From a virus, in IMG/VR virus record IMGVR_UViG_3300022555_001761: a stretch of 64,000 nt of DNA; one strand, 5' to 3'. The first letter of the stretch is position 1. Each line of letters begins with the position of its first letter. Shown here piece by piece: positions 45,851-55,600 of the stretch. Under the pieces are notes generated by a model. That model ran no database searches, was not told where the DNA came from, and saw only the letters and a program-made list of their open reading frames with translations. A program made the position numbers and the translations under genes.

Positions 45851-46426
45851 ATGAAGTATATTAAAAAATATGAAGATTATGGTATTGAATACGAATTTCC
45901 TGGTATGTTTGCTTCAAGAAAACCAGAAGATGAGCCTCAAAACGTACCTGGATTTGAAAGTGGCACAATAGATCCTGATGATGATGAAGTATATGATATT
46001 GAGGGATTTAGTGAAATGTCTGGAAAAGAAGGATATGAAAAAAAGTTTTTAAAAATCATAAAAGAACGAAATTTTGAAGAGACTCAAACAGAAATCAAAA
46101 TAAACGTTCATAGAATTGGCCAAGATTATTGTATGTCAATATATCAACCAACCCTTCATATTAATAAATTTTTAAATGATGAACTAAAAGGCATGTATAT
46201 CACAAAAGGTTTCATCAATGTAATGGAAAAGGATGTTACTGATGTTAATAATTATACATTTATAGAAGGCATAATAGAGAAAGTTAAAGTGACATATTAT
46301 AATGATAAATGTGATGCATTCTTCAATCTAAAACTTAAAGGTAAGCCTTATTCAGAAGATACATTGTGTAATAATACAATAGTTATTGATAAATTAAAAA
46401 CAGATGCAAATAAATATAATATTTAA
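45851..46426 (+). CDS. family-A protein (MKYIKKYEDY...ANKYNI), only plus-strand member
   Basis: track ORF 191 aa. Confidence 0.5.
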   Translation: MKYIKKYEDYGIEYEFPGMFASRKPEDEPQNVPGFESGTIDPDDDEVYDIEGFSEMSGKEGYEKKFLKIIKERNFEETQTEIKINVHRIGQDYCMSIYQPTLHINKFLNDELKGMYITKGFINVMEKDVTDVNNYTFIEGIIEKVKVTYYNDKCDAFFNLKLKGKPYSEDTLCNNTIVIDKLKTDANKYNI

Positions 46427-46623
46427 GGTTTACCTTTAAATGATATTACATCTTTTGTATGATTAGGTGGAACTACAACTGGCTCAATTTCACCAACTCT
46501 CTTTCTTTTCTTCTTCTTAACATCATTTTTATATGATGGATGCTCTCTACTGGGAGCAACAAATTCTACTGGATTAACCTCATTTGGTGCAATCATTTGT
46601 TCAAATGTTTTTAAGTGTTTCAT
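46423..46623 (-). CDS. family-A-like small protein (MKHLKTFEQM N-terminus, Lys-rich, no KYNI end)
   Basis: track ORF 66 aa. Confidence 0.4.
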   Translation of the reverse strand: MKHLKTFEQMIAPNEVNPVEFVAPSREHPSYKNDVKKKKRKRVGEIEPVVVPPNHTKDVISFKGKP

Positions 46624-46626
46624 AAT

Positions 46627-46968
46627 TCAAATATTAAATTTGTCAGTATCTATTTCAATTTTGCTAACTTTAACTTTACCCATAAATTTAAATTCACCTT
46701 TAAATTCTGATATATTACTAGTATAAAACCACCAAAAATCATTATCGTCTGTTATACCTTTTCCAATATAAATATGATCAAATAATCTACCAAGTTTAAA
46801 ATCTCTTATAATATCATCATAACATTGTTCATCAGGTGTTAATCCAATTTTTTTCAATGACACAACAATAGATGGTAAAGATTTACATTCTATCCTCCAG
46901 TAAACATTATAATCTAAGTTAATCAAACTGCTTGGATAACTAATTTCAAATGTTTTTAAGTATTTCAT
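46627..46968 (-). CDS. family-A protein (MKYLKTFEIS...TDKFNI)
   Basis: track ORF 113 aa. Confidence 0.5.
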   Translation of the reverse strand: MKYLKTFEISYPSSLINLDYNVYWRIECKSLPSIVVSLKKIGLTPDEQCYDDIIRDFKLGRLFDHIYIGKGITDDNDFWWFYTSNISEFKGEFKFMGKVKVSKIEIDTDKFNI

Positions 46969-47276
46969 AAGTTATATTTATTTGCATCAAATTCTGTATC
47001 AGACTTAAATCTTGTTGATTCCCATCCTTTAGTTATTTCTCCAGTTTCTAAATTTTCAACATCAACTCTTCTATATGTTATTTTTAGATATTTATCTTCT
47101 AGGTTATTATATATTCTCAAAACTTTATATTTAGCGCCATCTATTAATGGATTATGTTTAAATGCCTTAAGATTAGGTATTTTATCATCAGAACAAATTA
47201 CAGTATCACCTTCACCATAATCTAATGCTTGTCCTGTTTCTGTATTAAAAAATTCGAATGTTTTTAAGTATTTCAT
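46965..47276 (-). CDS. family-A protein (MKYLKTFEFF...ANKYNL)
   Basis: track ORF 103 aa; ATGA junction. Confidence 0.5.
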   Translation of the reverse strand: MKYLKTFEFFNTETGQALDYGEGDTVICSDDKIPNLKAFKHNPLIDGAKYKVLRIYNNLEDKYLKITYRRVDVENLETGEITKGWESTRFKSDTEFDANKYNL

Positions 47277-47716
47277 ATGTTAAATTTTTTTCTATCTGCT
47301 TTTAATTCAAAATCTTTTATTGATATTTGATCAATTATATTATCAACATTATCAACAATTTCAAATTGTGTATTAAAAAAACCTGGATTTTCACTATACA
47401 ATTTTAATCCAGATATAGTCTTCAAGTAATCAGGAATAAACTCTACTAACTCATCATCTACACTTGCAATTCTCATAGTCACTGATAAAAATATCAAGGA
47501 ATTAGAAAATTCACCATCTATATCAAACGCTCTTCTATCAAAATTATTTTTAAAATCTTGATTATAAAAATTATTTACGTATTGATATTCATCATAGTGC
47601 GCTTGATGTCCATATCCAAGTTCTTTAAACATAGACACAAAATGACTTAACAACTTTTTAAGTTCATCTAATCTAGAATTTGGATTTACACTTTCATATT
47701 TTTTAATATACTTCAT
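47273..47716 (-). CDS. family-A protein (MKYIKKYESV...RKKFNI)
   Basis: track ORF 147 aa. Confidence 0.5.
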   Translation of the reverse strand: MKYIKKYESVNPNSRLDELKKLLSHFVSMFKELGYGHQAHYDEYQYVNNFYNQDFKNNFDRRAFDIDGEFSNSLIFLSVTMRIASVDDELVEFIPDYLKTISGLKLYSENPGFFNTQFEIVDNVDNIIDQISIKDFELKADRKKFNI

Positions 47717-48018
47717 AGATTAAATTTTAATTGCTTCATTTTTAATTCTAATTCTTCTATTGTAGGTGCAAATGCTACTATATCATTTAAACTCATTGAT
47801 ACTCTTTTAGATGGTAATATTTTTACAGGAGCATCGTCATAATATATCATATATTTGTTTTTTGATAATGAAGGATAATTAGGATTAATTATTCTAAATT
47901 GACCAATGTTATCATTTACAACACTTCTATATATGTTATCTGGCTCAGCATAACAATACACATAATCACCAATTTGTGGCTTATTTTCAAAATTCTCAAA
48001 TAATCTCAAATGCTTCAT
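47713..48018 (-). CDS. family-A protein (MKHLRLFENF...QLKFNL)
   Basis: track ORF 101 aa. Confidence 0.5.
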   Translation of the reverse strand: MKHLRLFENFENKPQIGDYVYCYAEPDNIYRSVVNDNIGQFRIINPNYPSLSKNKYMIYYDDAPVKILPSKRVSMSLNDIVAFAPTIEELELKMKQLKFNL

Positions 48019-48638
48019 TGACCAATTCTAGTTATTAATTTTGTTATTAAATACTTGCTAATCAAATCATTATTAACTATACTATTAACATCACCAACTG
48101 AAACTCTAATACATTTTGATAATTTTTCAACTTTAGAACCATCTGTTGGTGGTTTAATCTGGCGATAAGAATTCACTGGTAGTTCTAATAAGCAAACCCA
48201 AATTTGGCTAGTATTATATTTATCAACAAAATACGGTCCTTCAACTTCAAATGGATATAAATTGTTAAGAAGTAATCCACTTTCTTCGTATAATTCTCTT
48301 CTAATAGTTTTGTCTGGTGTTTCACCATCTTCTATAGCTCCTGTAATAACTGTTAAATAATTTGTAATTCTTTTAAGGTTAGATTTATCCATATTTTTAT
48401 ATTGATAGGCTGGTAAATATTCTAATCTCATCAAAAATGTTGCTTCATCTCTAAAATAAGGTAGTATTGCAACTTTATCTTTAACTTGTAGAATTTCTGT
48501 CTCTTTATAATTAATAATATCTAAAAACTTTCCATTAAATAATGATACTTCATCAGGTACAAGCGGCTTATCTTCAATTTGTGTAAATTTTTCCATTAAG
48601 AAACTTTTTTCTTTATATATTAAAAAACAAAAATACAT
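48015..48638 (-). CDS. Nudix hydrolase
   Basis: Nudix box GAIEDGETPDKTIRRELYEESGL (Gx5Ex7REUxEExGU). Confidence 0.75.
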   Translation of the reverse strand: MYFCFLIYKEKSFLMEKFTQIEDKPLVPDEVSLFNGKFLDIINYKETEILQVKDKVAILPYFRDEATFLMRLEYLPAYQYKNMDKSNLKRITNYLTVITGAIEDGETPDKTIRRELYEESGLLLNNLYPFEVEGPYFVDKYNTSQIWVCLLELPVNSYRQIKPPTDGSKVEKLSKCIRVSVGDVNSIVNNDLISKYLITKLITRIGQ

Positions 48639-48672
48639 TTTAAGAATATACTATTAAAAATAATTCTAAATA

Positions 48673-49533
48673 GTGATTCAAAAAATTAAAATAGAACTTT
48701 TTGATAATAAGTTCTATTCAGTAACTAAAGTCAATGCTCAACAAGTAAATATATCATATATAGATTTCTATACCACTCCAGCACCAACACCTTTAGGTAT
48801 GGCAACAATATCACCAAATGTTTATAACAAAGTTGTTAAATTAAAAAAGTTAGATATTTCAATTCCAAATAATTATGGTTATAATGATGATATGAGAGAA
48901 ACATATTTTTTATACAATTGTATAAAAAATTCAATAGATGCTGAATTCTTTATTAAAGTCTCAGAACTTGGTGAATTAAATAGAGTAAATGCTCCTATGA
49001 ATTTTTTAGATTTTAATATTAAAAAAATGAAAATAGGAGTTGATTCATCAGAATTATCAAGAAAAATCATATCTAAATTTGTAACTGTCTCAAATTATAT
49101 AGCTTCTGATGGTAGAATTGGTCCTTCACAATGGATAGTTTCAAATAGTCAAACATATAAGTATATTTTAGATAACTTAGATTCTCCATCTATAATTTAT
49201 GACAGTAACAATAATTATATCTTATTTGGTAATTCAGCATTTATTATTAATGATTCAATAAAAGATGACATAATATTACTTGGTCGTAAAAACAATAACC
49301 AACAATCTGGTGCTCATTGTTTTATATTAGCTGACAATGATGGTAATATTATTACTCAAGAATTTGCACAATTTGGAGGATTAACTCATAATAAAATAAT
49401 ATCAATCTATTACTCAATAGAAGAGATTGGAATTAAACCACAATCACAGTTTTTGGCATTAAAAACCAGAAGTATAGGATATTATAGAGCTAAAAAACTA
49501 CAAAGAATTAAAGAGTTATATGGTGAAGATTGA
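48673..49533 (+). CDS. hypothetical protein with family-B-like C-terminus (YYRAKKLQRIKELYGED)
   Basis: track ORF 286 aa. Confidence 0.4.
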   Translation: MIQKIKIELFDNKFYSVTKVNAQQVNISYIDFYTTPAPTPLGMATISPNVYNKVVKLKKLDISIPNNYGYNDDMRETYFLYNCIKNSIDAEFFIKVSELGELNRVNAPMNFLDFNIKKMKIGVDSSELSRKIISKFVTVSNYIASDGRIGPSQWIVSNSQTYKYILDNLDSPSIIYDSNNNYILFGNSAFIINDSIKDDIILLGRKNNNQQSGAHCFILADNDGNIITQEFAQFGGLTHNKIISIYYSIEEIGIKPQSQFLALKTRSIGYYRAKKLQRIKELYGED

Positions 49534-49643
49534 ATTCATATTCAAATGGTATGATTTTTGGGTTGGTATTTTTTATGACAAGAAGAAGAATTGGATCTAC
49601 ATATTACCATTACCAATGATTGGTATAATAATAAAATTAAAAA

Positions 49644-49895
49644 ATGGATTATAGTAAGATTATAGAAATAATAGAAAAAGATTGTAATCCTCCTTGGACA
49701 CATGGTGCATGGGGAATTGCTGGAGTATATGGCACAGTGTTAAAAACAGAAAAAAAGATAAATGATCACAATTATTATTATGAACTAGTAGCTAGTCAAC
49801 ACGGTGGAACTAGGGTAAAATATATTACTTGCACAGATATAAAATTTATAAGAAAAGAGAAATTAGAAAAAATAAACAATATTACAAATGAATGA
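49644..49895 (+). CDS. family-B small protein (tail FIRKEKLEKINNITNE)
   Basis: track ORF 83 aa. Confidence 0.5.
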   Translation: MDYSKIIEIIEKDCNPPWTHGAWGIAGVYGTVLKTEKKINDHNYYYELVASQHGGTRVKYITCTDIKFIRKEKLEKINNITNE

Positions 49896-52218
49896 TTTTT
49901 TTATACAAGCCCACACAAGTTTTATTGGGCAGACAGGATATAATGCTCATGCAAGAGATTTCTTCACAGCATTAAGTTATAAAAATCCATTAAGAATTAG
50001 AAATTTTACTGTAGGAAAAACTTGGGATGGATTAGGTCCAATGAACTCAAATGGTAGATATAATGATCCTCATGCAAATGAGTCATACATAACTGATTAC
50101 CAGAGAAAACTAATAAATATTCAGACATTATATTGTGGACTAGGTTCTCAAAACAGATATGGAAGTGGACTTTGTGACAGTGATGTTAATAGCGAAACAA
50201 AATATTTAAATGTACCAAAAGTAGATTTGATTTTAAGTGAAACCAATCATCATTATTATCATTGTCTCGAAAAATATACTGGTTTAAAAATTGCATATAA
50301 TGTTTGGGAATCAACAAAATATGAAGATGGATTTTTTGAAATACTTAAAAAGTTTGATCAATTCTGGTGTCCATCAAAATGGCAGAAACAATGTATTGTA
50401 AATCAAGGTTATCCAGAAAATAAAGTTTTTGTTGTACCTGAAGCTGTTGATGGATCTATTTTCAATCCAGACTTCTTCAATTACAATTTAGATATGTATA
50501 AAGATAATAGATTCAAATTTATATTATTTGGAAGATGGGAATATAGAAAAGCAACAACAGAAATTATTGATACTTTTATAAAAACATTTAGAAAAGAAGA
50601 GCCAGTTGATTTAATATTGGCAGTTGACAATTCAGATTATTCTAATGATGGAATGAAAACAACTGAAGAAAGATTAAATCATTATAATTTTAATGATAAT
50701 AGATTGAAAGTCTTGCATTTTGTTGATAGAAAAGATTATGTAAATTATCTTAAAAATGGTCATGTATTTTTATCTTGTGCAAGATCAGAAGGATGGAACT
50801 TACCATTGTGTGTTCCTTCTGGAAAATTAATATTTGGTAATAATAATTTCATTCCAATAGAATCAATAAAAGAAAATGATATAGTTATTAGTCACATTGG
50901 AAGAGAACAGAAAGTATTAAAAAAATTTAAAAATAAATATAATGGCGACATAATAAATATAAATTTGTATAACGATTTTGAAATGTTAAAATTAACACCT
51001 GAGCATCCAGTTTATGGTATTAAAAGAGAATCTTTTATAACAAAAAAAGGTAAATTTAATAATATTCAAAATATTAAGCCAGAATGGATAAAATCAAAAA
51101 ATATTAAAAAAGGTGATATAATACTGAGAACAACATTACCTCAAAAATATTTTAATAATGAAATAATTGATTTATTAACATTAGATAATACATTATTATT
51201 TGATGATGATAAAGTTTGGTATAAAACTGGATTTAATTATAAAAGTGAGCAACTTAAATATAATAGATTTGTTAATTTACATGATTTATCTTTTTTATTC
51301 GGATGGTATATTTCTGAAGGCACAGATGGTATATCAAAATTAATATTTTCATTAAATTATCAGAAAGAAATGCCAATTGCTGAAAAAATTATATTTGAAA
51401 TAAATAAAATATTTGGTGCTATTGGTAATTATGATATTAAAGGAAATAGGTTAATTGTAACTTTTAATTCCACTTTACTATGTAAATTTTTTACATTTTT
51501 TTGTAATAAAATGTCTTACAATAAAATAATACCAGAAAAAATTCTTTTAGGACCATTAAATATTTTAGATGAATTAATTAAAAATATGGTTTTAGGTGAT
51601 GGTTGTTATTCCAATGAAAGATTCAATTATACAACAGTATCATACTTACTAACTAGGCAATTGATGTTCGCAAATCAGCGATTAAACAAAAAAACTTCTT
51701 TACAACTCAATAAAAGAAAAAAAATTGGTAAACGTCCATGTTATACTCTATCATGGAGTATAAATAATGAAAATAATAGGCATAGTAATAAATCTTGGTG
51801 GCATCCAGAAGGATTAGCAATATTAGTTAAGAATTCTATATCAGAAAATTATAATGATTATGTTTACAATTTAGAAGTAGAAAATGATAATTCTTACTTA
51901 TTATCAAATGCAACTGTACACAATTGCGAAGCAATGGCTTGTGGTACGCCATCAATTTATTCTAATTGTAGTGGTCAGTTAGAATTCGCAGAAGGAAAAG
52001 GTCATCCAGTTAAAATAGTAAATGAAAAACCAATTCCAAATGGAGTAGGAAATTATTACGAACCTGATTTTGGTGATTTATCAAAAGTAATGAGAGATGT
52101 TTACACAAATTATTGGAAATATAAGAAAAAGGCATTAGAAGATTCTGAATTACTAATAAATGAATTCTCTTGGGATAATGCAGCTAATAAAGCACTTGCT
52201 ATATTAAAAAATATTTAA
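49888..52218 (+). CDS. GT4-family glycosyltransferase interrupted by an in-frame intein (404 aa after splicing)
   Basis: exteins ...FLSCARSEGWNLPL | intein | CEAMACGTPSIYS... together rebuild the GT4 EX7E motif (EGWNLPLCE) and the EAMAxGxP nucleotide-sugar binding signature. Confidence 0.8.
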   Translation: MNDFFIQAHTSFIGQTGYNAHARDFFTALSYKNPLRIRNFTVGKTWDGLGPMNSNGRYNDPHANESYITDYQRKLINIQTLYCGLGSQNRYGSGLCDSDVNSETKYLNVPKVDLILSETNHHYYHCLEKYTGLKIAYNVWESTKYEDGFFEILKKFDQFWCPSKWQKQCIVNQGYPENKVFVVPEAVDGSIFNPDFFNYNLDMYKDNRFKFILFGRWEYRKATTEIIDTFIKTFRKEEPVDLILAVDNSDYSNDGMKTTEERLNHYNFNDNRLKVLHFVDRKDYVNYLKNGHVFLSCARSEGWNLPLCVPSGKLIFGNNNFIPIESIKENDIVISHIGREQKVLKKFKNKYNGDIININLYNDFEMLKLTPEHPVYGIKRESFITKKGKFNNIQNIKPEWIKSKNIKKGDIILRTTLPQKYFNNEIIDLLTLDNTLLFDDDKVWYKTGFNYKSEQLKYNRFVNLHDLSFLFGWYISEGTDGISKLIFSLNYQKEMPIAEKIIFEINKIFGAIGNYDIKGNRLIVTFNSTLLCKFFTFFCNKMSYNKIIPEKILLGPLNILDELIKNMVLGDGCYSNERFNYTTVSYLLTRQLMFANQRLNKKTSLQLNKRKKIGKRPCYTLSWSINNENNRHSNKSWWHPEGLAILVKNSISENYNDYVYNLEVENDNSYLLSNATVHNCEAMACGTPSIYSNCSGQLEFAEGKGHPVKIVNEKPIPNGVGNYYEPDFGDLSKVMRDVYTNYWKYKKKALEDSELLINEFSWDNAANKALAILKNI
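50809..51924 (+). mobile_element. intein (372 aa) with LAGLIDADG homing endonuclease
   Basis: begins CVPSGKLIFGNNNFIPIESI (block A, Cys1); ends VYNLEVENDNSYLLSNATVHN followed by extein Cys+1 (blocks F/G); internal LSFLFGWYISEGTDG and ELIKNMVLGDGCYS LAGLIDADG motifs. Confidence 0.8.
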
Positions 52219-52223
52219 AATGA

Positions 52224-52481
52224 ATGGAAGGTCCTATACTATTAAGGATTTTTAGTTGTAAAGAGTGTGAACACTTAAAAAAAGCAACACTTTTTATAAA
52301 TGGTTCACCATATACTTGTTTTCATAATAATGTAATTAAAGGAATGAATGGCGTACAATTAATATCTGGAAGTATAGGTAAAGATAAAGTAACACCTGAA
52401 TTTTGCCCTTTTTTATTTAAAAGAGAAAGAGTTGAAAAATTGAAATTGTTACAAAATTATGACGAAGATGTTAAAAAATGA
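52224..52481 (+). CDS. family-B small Cys-containing protein (tail RERVEKLKLLQNYDEDVKK)
   Basis: track ORF 85 aa. Confidence 0.45.
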   Translation: MEGPILLRIFSCKECEHLKKATLFINGSPYTCFHNNVIKGMNGVQLISGSIGKDKVTPEFCPFLFKRERVEKLKLLQNYDEDVKK

Positions 52482-52659
52482 ATAAAAATAATAATATTTA
52501 TAAACTTTTATAAAATAAATTAGTAAAATAATCTATGAAAAAATATAATCAAAGTATAAAAGTTCGTCAAGAGTAGGTGTAGTTGTCAAATAACTATACC
52601 TATTTTTTTTATATAAATCAATAAATAAATAAATTTAAAAAAAACAAAAAAAAACTAGT

Positions 52660-55600
52660 ATGGAAAAATTAAAAAGAGTGATGTTCGTGATTATGTTATT
52701 ATTGTTCTCAATCGTAGCAAGATCACAAGAAACTACTTCTGAAATTTCAGGAACAATTTTAGAAGGTAAATCTCCGTTACCAAATGTTATCGTAACGGCA
52801 GTCCACGTTCCAACAGGTACTAAGTATATGACAACGACACGGTCAGATGGTCGTTACAATTTGCCAAACGTTAAAATTGGCGGACCATATACTTTGACAA
52901 CTTCGTTTGTAGGATACAAACCAGAAACAAGAGGTGATATATTCTTGAATTTGGGTCAGGTATACAAAGAAGATTTTTTACTAACAGATGCCGCTACTCT
53001 ATTAGGTGAGGTTGTTGTCAAGTCTACAAATGATAAGAACTTCAATAGTTCAAGAATGGGCTCACAGGAGTTAATTACTAGAAGTCAAGTTGATCGTTTA
53101 CCAACAATTAATAGATCAATTCAAGATTTTGTGAAATTAGAACCAACATCAAATGGTTTGAATGTCGGAGGTAGAAGCAACCAGTATAATAACATGACAG
53201 TTGACGGTGCGAATTTTAATAATTCATTTGGTTTATCTTCTATATTAGGGGGTCAAACATCAGCACAACCAATTTCATTAGACGCTATTGAAGAAATACA
53301 AGTTAACGTGTCACCATATGATGTTAAACAAGGTGGATTCGCTGGCGCTGGTATTAATACTGTAACTAAAAGTGGTACAAACAAATTCAAAGGTAGTATT
53401 TACCAATACTCAAGAAACGAAAATTATTTAGGCTATAATGTCGGACCAACAACAGTTGTTAAAACACCTTTTGATTATAAAATCAAAGGATTTAGTATAG
53501 GTGGTCCAATTATTGAAAATAAATTATTCTTCTTTGTAAGTGCTGAGCAAGTAAGACAAGATGCTCCAGCAACTTCAATGTTAACATCAGATGCTTCTCA
53601 TGCTGCTGGTGGAAATTATTCACAAGCAAATTCAGACACTCTAACCGTTTTATCTAATTTCTTGAAAAGTAAATATGGATATGATCCAGGCGAATTTCAA
53701 GGTTACACTTTCAAAACTTATTCTGATAAGATTACAGCAAAATTAGATTGGAATATTAATGCTAAAAATACTTTTACATTAAAATACAATTACCTTAAAT
53801 CTTCTGCGGATCAATATGCATCAACATCTAGACCAGGTAGTGGTCAAGTAACTGGTGGTCAACCAGGTACATATTCTATGCCTTTCTTTGGTAGTGGCTA
53901 TGTTATCAACAACAACTTTAATATTTTAATTGCAGAATTAAATACTCGTTTTAGTAATAAGTTGTCAAATAAATTACAAGTTGGTTATACAGAATTAAAA
54001 GACTTCCGTTCTCCACACTCAAGTAGTGAAACATTACCATTAGTTGATATTCTAAACAATGGTAATATTTATACATCTTTTGGTTATGAAATGTACACTT
54101 ATAATAATAAATTAAATACAACAGTTTATCAATTAAACGATATTTTAACTTATTATAAAGGTGCACACGAACTAACTATTGGTACTCAAAATTCACTTAA
54201 GAAATATCAGAATGCATTTGCACCTGGTTATCAAGGTGTTTATCAATTTAATAGTTTAACTGATTTCTATAATTCAGCAAAATATGGAACAGCAAATGCT
54301 AAATCATATTACTTGCAATATTCTGCATTACCTGGTGGCGAATTCCCTTGGGCATATGCTGGATCAACTGAATTATCACAATTTGTACAAGATAAATGGA
54401 AAGTTTCAAATAACTTCACATTAACTTATGGATTGAGAATTGACGAAACTATCTACAAACAAGCAATGACCGATAATCCTTACTTTGATGCATTAAAATT
54501 CAAAGATGGCGTAACATACAATATTGGTGATGCTCCTATGAATAATGTTATTGTATCACCAAGATTAGGTTTCAACTGGAATCCTAGAGGTGACAAATCA
54601 TTACAAGTTAGAGGTGGAACAGGTATTTTTGCAGGACCTCCACCGTTTGTTTGGATTTCTAATCAAGCGTCAAATAATGGTATTCAATTTGGATCATTTA
54701 CAAATAGTAAAGTAGCATTCAATGTTGACCCAAATGCGTATAGACCAACTGCTGGTGCAGCAAATACATCTTATAGTACAGCATTAGTATCTAACAACTT
54801 CAAATACCCAACAGCATGGAAATCATCTTTAGCAGTTGATAAAAGATTAACTGGAGGTTGGATTCTAGGTGCTGAATATACATACACAAAGGATATTAAC
54901 GCAGTTTATTATTCCAATGTAAACTTGAACGAAACTAATGGATTTAATTTAGCAGGGGTAGACAATAGAACTCGTTTCTTAACATCTGTTGCAAATACCA
55001 ACAAATACTATTATGGATCAACATTAGCTAATCCTAACCTTGGTAATGCAATTTTAATGAGTAACACAAATCAAGGTTATGTTTACACTTTAACTTTCAA
55101 AGTTCAAAGGAATACTGCAAATCTTGCATATGGTATAGCATATACACACTCAGTATCTAAAAATACAGCAGAAGGTGGGTCTACAGCATCTTCATTGTGG
55201 AGTGCGGCATCAGTTTCAAATCAAGATCCAAACTCAGCTAACTTAGGATATGCATCTTATTATCAACCAAATAGAATTATTGCAAACTTCGCTTATAAAA
55301 TTAACGAAGGCAAACACCTTGCAACAACAATTGGTGCAATTTACGAATTGGCTAATAACGGTGTAAACTCTTATGTTTACAATGGTGACTTAAATGGTGA
55401 TGGTAATTCAGGTAATGACTTGATTTACATTCCAAAAACAGCATCTGATATTAACTTGGTAAAAGTTGGGTCTGGTGGTTTAGGTACTCTAACATCAACA
55501 GACACAAGAACAGCGGCACAAATATGGTCACAAGTAGATGCATTTATCTCTAATTCAACCTACTTGAATACACATAGGGGTGAATATGCTGGAAGAAATG

